Shown: positions 50,881 to 59,800 of the stretch, piece after piece | How positions within the stretch are numbered: position 1 is the stretch's first letter | Layout: each line of letters starts with the position of its first letter | Source: Sminthopsis crassicaudata | Lineage: Eukaryota | Assembly (NCBI RefSeq): GCF_048593235.1 | Contig: NC_133622.1 | Coordinates: 248,810,055 to 248,874,054, forward strand | Reading direction: 5' to 3' | Length of the DNA: 64,000 nt | Notes under the pieces: generated by a model | What the model was told of the DNA's origin: nothing | What the model saw: only the letters and a program-made list of their open reading frames with translations | The model's database searches: none | Translations under genes and position numbers: made by a program

Positions 50881-53800
50881 ATGGCCACTGACCCACCACT
50901 GCAAGACTCGGAGGAGCTCCCATCAGAGGACCTGGCCCAAGGGGAGCTAAGTGTAAGAGTTGCCTCCCACCATCCACAGGGGCTGCTCCCCGGGGCTGCA
51001 GAGAGTGAGGTCCCCAAACTGAATGCGGACGGGGCTGGGACGTTTTAAAGCAAACACCTCTATTTTACAGAACGAGTCATAGACCGAGACGCTTCCTAGC
51101 TGCATAACCCTCCGTTATCTCATCTGTAGAATGAAGGGCTTGGGCCTTCAAGGTCCCTTCCAGTTCTAAATCCATGCCCTCTTGAGGCATTCATGACCCA
51201 CGACCCCCAGGGCAGCCCCCAGATCCCTGCGGACTAAAACGATTAGTACTAAAGCAAAGAAGTCCAGGGCAAAGGCAGGATTCAGGTCCTGTGACTCTAC
51301 CTCCAAGTCAGATCAAGCCAACAGGTCTTTAGAGGTCTGCCGCCCTACTGTGTGCCAGGCCCTGGGGACGCAAGGAAAGGCAAAAAAGATCTGTCCTCAG
51401 AAACCTCAGATGTAGAGACAACAAGCAAACAATTTGAGACAAACAAGTGATCTCCCCAATGAACTGGGAAGCCTCAATGGAGAGGGTCCTAAGACAAACA
51501 CACTGGGGCCTTTCGCAAGGAGAGTGCTCTTACACTTCCAAGTTCAGCATCCTTCATTACTGAGCCTTATTTTAAATTCCAACCGAGTATTTTGCAATTG
51601 AAATTGTTTTTCTTTCTTCCGTGGGGGGAAAAAAGAAAAGAAAAAAATGATGCCAGACAGTCTGTAGAGGGTAGCAGATAGTGGGGGAACTCTGGCTAAG
51701 GCATAAGCCCAGAAGAAACCCACTAACAATATCTGAACTTCGTGCTACCCCCTTGAGGTGGAAATTTGAAGATTTTGTAGTTTAAAAAAAATCCCCATCA
51801 ATCTATGGGAAAGAGACACCTTAAAACGGTTAGGGTTCCCATTGAGTATTTCGGCTTTGTTGAAGGCCTGCCTGCTCCCTCACCTGTTCTCACTTAATGG
51901 AAATGTGATCCACCGGTGTGGGTGGAACAGCGGCCCTTAGCAAGTGATAGAATTCAGGCCTTATTAGATATAGTGCAAGAGCAACTAAACCAAGGACACT
52001 TACAACCTTCTCTAAGTCCTTGGGATTCCCCTAAAAAGAGACCAGAGGGAAAGCCAAACCAGATCTTGTCAGCGGGGTTCCTCTGGGCTAAAGGGTCTTA
52101 TGCCTTACCCAGCATTCCCCCACTCTCTGCAGCCTCTACAACATTGACCAAAACAAACTGTCCTACTGGCCGTAGACCAGATGTGTCCTTCTGCCCCGAG
52201 TTCATCACCTGTCGGGCAGTAGGGAGGGGCACGTTTGTAGAGCTACGGCTGGTCCCTGCTGTGATCAGAATTCTTTCAAAGTTGTTTTTCTTTATAATCT
52301 TATATAAATGTTCTGCCGTGGTTGAAGCAGAAGGTAATCAGGGCCCGCACCTGGGTAAGGGTTGGGAAGGCGGACAGGTAGAACAGCAAGACCTGGTGGC
52401 AGGTTGACCCCTGGCTGTGGGGTTGGGGATGAAGGAAATTTGGGAAGAGTCCAGGATGAGCCTGGGAGTCCCCCCATGTCCTGACCCAACAGGAGAGCTG
52501 GAACTGAGGGGAAAGAGCAGGAGGAACTCTTCTCTGCTCAAGCCTTGCTTTTCTAGTCTCCAGACCCCCAGTTTGGCTTCAAGAGTTCTTGTCCCTCCTT
52601 TGCAAGATCCCTCAATGACTTAGGAAAGGAGATAGCAGCAAAAATCCCTCTCCATCGGCCAGGCTTTTCCCTTTCAGCCTAAATCTCCAACAGGAGGGAG
52701 ATGGCTAACCCAACAGGAGTCCATTCAGAGAGCAATGAAGATGGACAAGGGCGTGGATGACCACCCTTTGATCTTTGAGGCCTTCCCCCGCTGCCCCCAC
52801 GGCTCTCTTCACACCCTCCCTCCCTCCCAATCATGTTCTCAGTGATCTGTGTAGATGGTATGTTTTCTGCTAGAATATAAACTCCTTGAGGGCAGGGACC
52901 GTGCAGAGGACCTGACCCACCGAAGGTATCTGCTAAATGTTTGTTCCTTTGGATCGGATGCATGAGAATTGTTTGAGGGGTTAGTTTCCAGAGTTATAAG
53001 AATTAAGTTAGAGAAATGCAGGGAAATGAAAATTAAATTAGAAAAATGAAACTGAAACTTAAGAAATAGAGGCTGAGGAAGGAAACAAAACTACTAAAAG
53101 GACTGAACTAAGTCCAAACAAGATGAAGGCCGAGGGAAGAGGTAATGCTGTGACTGAAGGAAGAGACTCCAGACTAGTGTGGAAGAATTAGCCTCTCCAG
53201 ATAGGTTGTAAGCCTTGTAGTGCTCGGCCAAAGGGGAATCTGGAGGGACTTGCGTTTTGGATGGTAAAAAGACCACGTGTCTGTTGATAGCAAGTGTTCA
53301 AATTCTATAGGCTGGCCACCTCTGCAGTTGTGTAACTAAAGACTTCACCCCCTCCTAAGCCCAGCAGACTTATTTCTCACCAGTGTAGTTGGGGCAAAGA
53401 ACCTTCCTGACAATAGGAGCCATCAGAAAATAAGAAGCTGCCCTTTGCTTGAGAAGTAGCTGATTTCTCTTGACTTGAAGTCTTTAAGCAAAGACTGGAA
53501 GGCTCCTTGTTCACGGCCGGATGAGCCATCTCTGAGGTCCCTTGGGATTCTGGGAGTCTTGAGGGATGGCGAGTGGGGCCCCCGCTGCTCTTCAGAACAC
53601 AGGGACGGAGCTTTGCTCAGTCAAACAGACTCCTCTGGAGCCTCTTCAGTAACAGGGACCCATGTCTATCCTTCCCTGATATAATTTTAAAATATTTTAC
53701 CACCTCTTTTTCTACTTCTTTCCTAGCCCAGATATCCATCCATGCACCTACGAAGGCCGAAGGGATTGGAGTCTGAAAAGAGAAATCCACACTTGCCCTA

Positions 53801-56800
53801 TGACCCCGGTGCTCTGGAGAAGAGGGTAAGAGCCCCTGAGAACTCCCCTTCACCTCCCCCCCCCCCATGACTCCAGTAAGGTCGTCTTCTCAAGCTACAG
53901 GAACCTGGCCTGGGGAACGTTCTACCCAAACCCTAATAGAACCTAGCAGCCTCCAAGGTCCAGAAGAAGCTTGCAGTCTGATGGGGAAGGCAACATGTAT
54001 ACAAAACGGGCTGGATACAGGATAAATAGGAAACTATTAAGGTGCCAGGGTTAAGCAGGTGCCAGGGTTAAGCAGGGACCAGGGAAGGCCTCCCGTGGAA
54101 GGTAGGATCTTAACTGAGCTTAAAGGCTGAGGAGTCAGCAGTTGGGAGCAGAGAAGGGAGAGCCTTCTAGACCCAGGACTAGGGGACAGAGGTGGAGTCC
54201 TCAGTGGGGACTGGAGAGGCAAGGGGGCCTGGATTACTCTGAAGCACTTTGAACATTTTCTCTTTGATCCTGGAGACAGTAGGGAGTCTCTGGACTTTGA
54301 GGGGGAGGCGGGGATGGAGTGATGGGCCCTGGGCTCTAAGAAGCTCACTGATGGCAGTGGGGAATGTGCCAGGTGACCTGCCACAGCTCTTGCAGGGTGC
54401 GCCGGAGGGGCCGCGGGGGGCACGGCTAGGAGTTGGTCTGGGAGTTGAGACCATAATCTCCACTTGTGCCCGACACCGGCCGTGATGGCCCAATCACATG
54501 GTGGCAGAAGGACAGCTGAGCGGCTCCTAGGAAGAAGGCTCTCCCATTAGAGGAACTCACAAGTCCTGACCCCGCTTCCTCCTCTGGAAAACATTCCAGC
54601 CATCTTGTCCGGTGCTGGGGACACAGTCAGATAAAACGGCCCTGACCTCGGGGTCACACTAGAGGCAGAGATAGACATCCCACCCTATTGGCCCCGTCTG
54701 TCCTCCTGGGCCCTCTGGCCCCTGCCCGGCTCTGACTTGCAGGCTCTCCAGGGGCTTCCTCTGGCAGCCTTGTCGTCCTGGTCATGTGCCCTCCTGCTTG
54801 GGTTTCTCGGCATTGGGGCCCATGAGTCTTCCCAGACTTCTGAGTGAGGCTCCCACGTTCCCGTCCGGGCTTTGTCCATCTGTCCCCTTGGTTTCCAGCT
54901 CTTTGCCGCCATGAGTGCTTTTGTACAGATTGTCTTTTGTCTTTCTTGTGTCACCTCTCTGGGGCTCAGGCCTAGGGGGGCCGGTGGGAGGGCCTTTCCC
55001 TCAGTCCTGGCTGCTCTTCTGTGGCCCACAGCCCTCCCAGGGTCCCTCCACCGTCCAGCTCCTGCTCTCTGCCCTCTTCCTGCTGCTCCTGGGATTGGCC
55101 GTTTTGGGATTCTTGTCATCAGAGTTGCTGTGGCCCCCTTGGGCGGACAAGGCCAAGCCGGCGGCCTGGGACAGCCCTGCAGCCTGCAGGTGAGAGGCCC
55201 CTTGGGGAGGGGGGGATTTACCTTAAAAGCCTTACTGGAATACCTGCTAAAGAGGCTGCTTCCTGCCCCCTGGGACTCATGGATGATTGGGGGAATGGAG
55301 GGGCGATCCATGGAGGTGGTTTTTAAAAGTAGAGCATGATGGGAACCAGGGAAAAGTTCCAGAGAAGATGATCTAGGGCAAGGAAGGGGATGAGCATTTA
55401 TAAAGCACCTGCTGTGTGGCAGGCATTGTGCCGAGCACTTTACAAATATTACCTCACTGCACCTGGGAGGTAGGGGCCGGAATTATTCCCATTTTATAGC
55501 CGAGGACACTGAGGTAAAGCTGGAGTGGCTTGTCACGGCTGTGCCCAGCACAACACAAATGGGCTAGTGGCGGTTGGAGAGGAGGAGACGGGCTCATTGA
55601 GAGGAATCCTGCTGCTTCTGGATCGATCCCTCTGGGAGCCCGTTTTCTGGGAGCTAACTCTGAGGCTCTGCGAGCGCCCAGGGGCTCCATGGTGCGTAAA
55701 GCTCCAGTGCCCCAGAGGTGGTCGCAAGCTTAAATGCGCCTCGATTAGTCTTGGAGGAGGGGAACGTCCCGTTACCGGAGCCTCCGCACTCAGCCTGCTA
55801 GGAAGGGTCTGAGGCGGTTCTGGACCCAGGGCTTCCTGCCTCCCGGCGCGCTCTGTCCCCAAGCAGCAGGTTGAATCCTGCCTCGGACACAAACCTCCTC
55901 GGCTCTGTGGGCCCGTTTCCTCGCCCGTAAAATGAAGGGGCTGTGATCAGCTGGCGGATGGCCCCTTGGTGCGAAGGGCTGGGGGGGGGGGGGTGGCGAT
56001 GGCCCGTCCTGGGCAGGGGGCGGCAAGCGGCTCACTGTGGCCGTCATACGGAAGGCATGATGGGCATCCGCACTCCAGGAGGTGGGAGAGTGGGCCAGCT
56101 ATCGGGAAGAAGGAAGACTCGGCCAGGCAGTGCAGGGAGAAGGCGAGGGGGGGTGGGAGCACTAAATGGGGGAGGGAGAGGAGGGTGCCTTCTCTTGTCC
56201 TCCTCCTCATCCTGGCCCTCCCTGACTCTGCAGTCTGGTGCTGGCTGAGAGCATCCCAGAGGGCATGAGCTTCAGCCCGGGCAGCCCCCAGCATATCTCC
56301 ACCCACCGGGCCTGGCTCCAGCTGATCCAAAGAGCCCAGAGCCAAGTTGACATCGCAGCCTACAACTTCACTTTGCGGTCCAGAGCCACTGGCAGTGCCC
56401 ACCCCTCAGGCTGGCAGGTGAGGAGTTATCAAAAGAGAACGGGGGCAAAAGAATCGCATCGGAACGGGCGAGGAAGGAGGCCAGGCTGAAAGGAGCGGGG
56501 CCGCTGAACGGCTCTGGAGGGCACTGCACCCTCCTGCCAGCTCGGGCTTTTGCTGCCAGCCTCCGCCCTTTGCAGTCCTCCCTCCCCCTGCCCCGTTCTG
56601 CTCATCCACCGTCTCTCCGGCCACACGCTCATTCCCAGTTCCCTCTTCCCCCCTTCTGGGGTCCGGGTCTCCTAGTGCTCCCCCCAGCCCCCAGCTCCAT
56701 GGCCAGTCACTGCCTGTTCTCCTTTCTCCTCCCCTGGAAGACACTTGATTTTTTTCTGTACTTAGTCTCCCCCCCTCCCCCCAAGACCTTTCCTCAAGGC

Positions 56801-59800
56801 TGGTACAGTGTAGAAAGCCTGGTCAGGAAGACTTCCCTTCATTGGGCCCTCACACTCAGGAGGGGGGAGTGTGTCAGAGAGACAGAGACAGAGAGAGACA
56901 CACGGAGACGGGGAGAGACAGAGACACGCTTCAGCACATAGTAGCCACTTAATAAATGCTTTTCCCTTCTCTTTTCTCTTGTCAAAGGTTGAATGTCTAA
57001 TAAGTGGCAGAACTCGCATCCCTGACCTGAAGGAAAGGAGGAAGGGAGGGAAAGGAAGACGGGGAAGGAAGGGGAAAGGGAGGGAGGAGGGAATTTCACT
57101 CTGTCTGACTTAACATAGTATAGGCCCCACCTCTGAGAGTTGTTGCGGGCCCCAAATGAGGTATTTGCCCCTGGCACACAGTAGGTACTATATAAGTTCT
57201 TGTTTCTTTCCCTCCCCCCTCCCCTTTCCCCTTCTCCCCCCTCCCCCCTCCGCTTCTCCTCCTCTCTGCGCACTCAGGACTGGAGTGTTGGGCTGCCCTG
57301 CCCTCCCTGCCATTTTGGGCTCCTCCTTCCTGAGCAGTGAAGGTGCTCCCTCGGACTCTTGCCCCCTGCCTCTGGAGGACCAGAGGCTGCTAACTGTCTC
57401 CATTCCTCATCGCCTTCGCCCTCTCCTTTACCAAAGCTGCCCCTCTGTCTCCCCAGTTTCTCCCTTTCCATCACGGGCGGCGCTCCGCAGGATGCTGTAG
57501 GTCCCGTGCCTGGTGCTCACCTTGGCAGCCTCCCTTCTTCCTCGGGGCCTGCCCTGACTGGCACCCACGCCCATGGCTTGCCATAGCATAAAACTGCCAA
57601 GTGGTGTCTCTCCTGGCATCCTGTGTGGCTCCGAGTCCGGACCTGGCCAGGAAATCCTGACCCGACTTTGGAAGCTCGCCCATGTGGCGGAGGCTCCTGT
57701 GAGGGGGCCCTCGGTTGCCTCGCTCTCTAGAACCATCCACTAAGGTGGCGAGGGGCGACCATCCCCGGTAGGAGGAGGACCCCGGGATCCTTGAAGAGGT
57801 TGCAGCCCAGAGGGGCGCAAGAGGAGGCTGCGCCAGGCAGGAGCCCTGGACACGCTCTGGGGAGGCCTGGCTTCCGGCAACAGACCGAATCTCCTTTCTT
57901 TGTCCTGGACTGCAGGGCCAAGAGATCTTGGATCGCCTGCTGTCCCTGCCCGGCCGGGGGGTTCGGTTACACGTGGCCATGAACAGTCCCCAGCCCTCGG
58001 ACATTGACGCGGATGAGCTGGGCAGGCATGGTGAGCGGGGGGAGGGGCCGGCCCTGGAGAAGAGGGGGAGAGAGACTGGAGAAGCTCTAACTGACCCCCC
58101 CCCCCCCCTGTGCAGGAGCCAAAGTGACCCCAGTGCAGCTGGAGCAGCTGACAGGAGGCATCGTCCACTCCAAGTTCTGGGTGGTGGATGGCCGGGATGT
58201 CTATGTGGGCAGCGCCAACGCGGATTGGCGGGCCCTCACCCAGGTAGGGGGTGGCAGAGAGGGGGAGGCGGAGGCAGGCCAGGTCACAAGGCCTCGGGCA
58301 CAGCGCCCCCTCACCTTCCGTTCAGATCAAGGAGCTAGGAGCTGTCCTGTACGACTGCAGCCCCGTAGCCCAAGACCTGCTCTCCATCTTCAACATGTAC
58401 CAGGCCCTCGGAGGGCCCAGGGCCGTCCTGCCCACCTCCTGGCCGCCTCACTTCTCTGCTGGCTCCAGCCTCCAGAAGCCCATCCGCCTCCATCTCGATG
58501 GTCACCCAGCTGATGTGTACCTCTCAGTGAGACACCTGCCTCCCCTCCCCCCACCCCAGCCATACTGGGAGGCCGGTTCTGTCCTGCTGATACAATGGGG
58601 GGGGGCCCAGGGAGCTCTGGAAACCCCTCCCGTACTTAGCACCCGGGGGATCCTAGGCGGGTCATCGCCTCTCCACAGGCCTCGGTGTTCTCATCTGTAG
58701 AATGAGGGGTTGGCCCCCGAGGCCTCTGAGGGCCCCCGGGCTGAGGCAACAAAAGGTCTGAAACACTAGACATGAAGGCCAGGGCACAAGTGCAGAATTC
58801 GCCGGGGCCTTTATTGACAACTAGAGGTTTTAGACCAAATGAAGCCGTAAAATAGGCCCCAGGAGTGGCTGAGGTGAACCGGCTTTGTGGGAGCACAAAA
58901 GGAGTCAGGAAAAGGGGTTTTAACAGTTAACAGGGGAAAGGCGAGTCCCTCGGTGACGCTCCCAGGTAGCCAGGAGAAAGGCTCCATGAGGCGGCTCAGC
59001 ACTGATTGGCTGCTCGCTAAATCCGTAGAGAAGTTTAATCCCCCAAAAGGGTTACCTGGAACAAGGGGAAAGACACGGGCAGAGCAGCACCAAGACCCAC
59101 TAACCCACAAGGGAGAACAAGTGCCCAGAGGCTAAACTCTGAGTCTCCTGCAGATAGGCCCCTGGCTGTAGCACGCAGTATGTGGGGATCCACGGCAGGG
59201 AGGCCGGATGCAGGGGACAGCAGAGGAGCCGGCATCTTCCCCAGACAGCCGTGGGGGAACAGCAGTGAGTGACTGGCCAGTTGGGCAGCCACAGGGAGGG
59301 AGAGGGGAGAGCTGGGAGAACAGTTAGATGGGGATGAGGGCTACCTGGGGCCGGCAGCTGTGGAGCGAGGGAGAATTAGTAACAGCCTCAAGAGACCGCT
59401 TCCGAGGTTACAAAATACTTCTAGGAAACAGACCCTCAGACCAAGCCTGTGGGACAGGTGATTTTACAGATGGGGCAACTGAAGCTGGGAGGGTCAATGA
59501 CTTATCTGGGATCACACAGCTAATACGTGTCCAAGGCAGAATGTGAAAAGCCAGTGTGGGCAGGGCGTTGGCCAGCCAGGATCACTGGGCGTCACCAGGG
59601 GCCCCAGAGAGACTGCGGCTTCTGCCAGGCCTTCCTCTCTCTGCCCGGCAGCTTCGGGGGAAAGTGGGAAGCAGGGTGGCTGCCCTTGTCCATGGTTGGG
59701 GCTGGAAAGGGACCAGCAGGGAGAGGCGCCAGCAAGGATCACTGGAGGGCTGAGGCCGGGGAAGGGGGCCAGAGAGCCCAGGAAGGATGGGCTGGGGGCA

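Noticed and set aside
52960-53280. Possible solo LTR
   Set aside because: Purine-rich and LTR-like, but I could not identify TG...CA termini or a TSD by eye
54911-55339. GCCGCCATG with a signal-peptide-like ORF (MSAFVQIVFCLSC...) as start of the PLD-like gene
   Set aside because: Out of frame with the TM and catalytic exons, and no suitable intron restores the frame; the T-rich segment reads better as a pyrimidine tract. Revisit only if the G6 run near 54975-54980 is a sequencing error.
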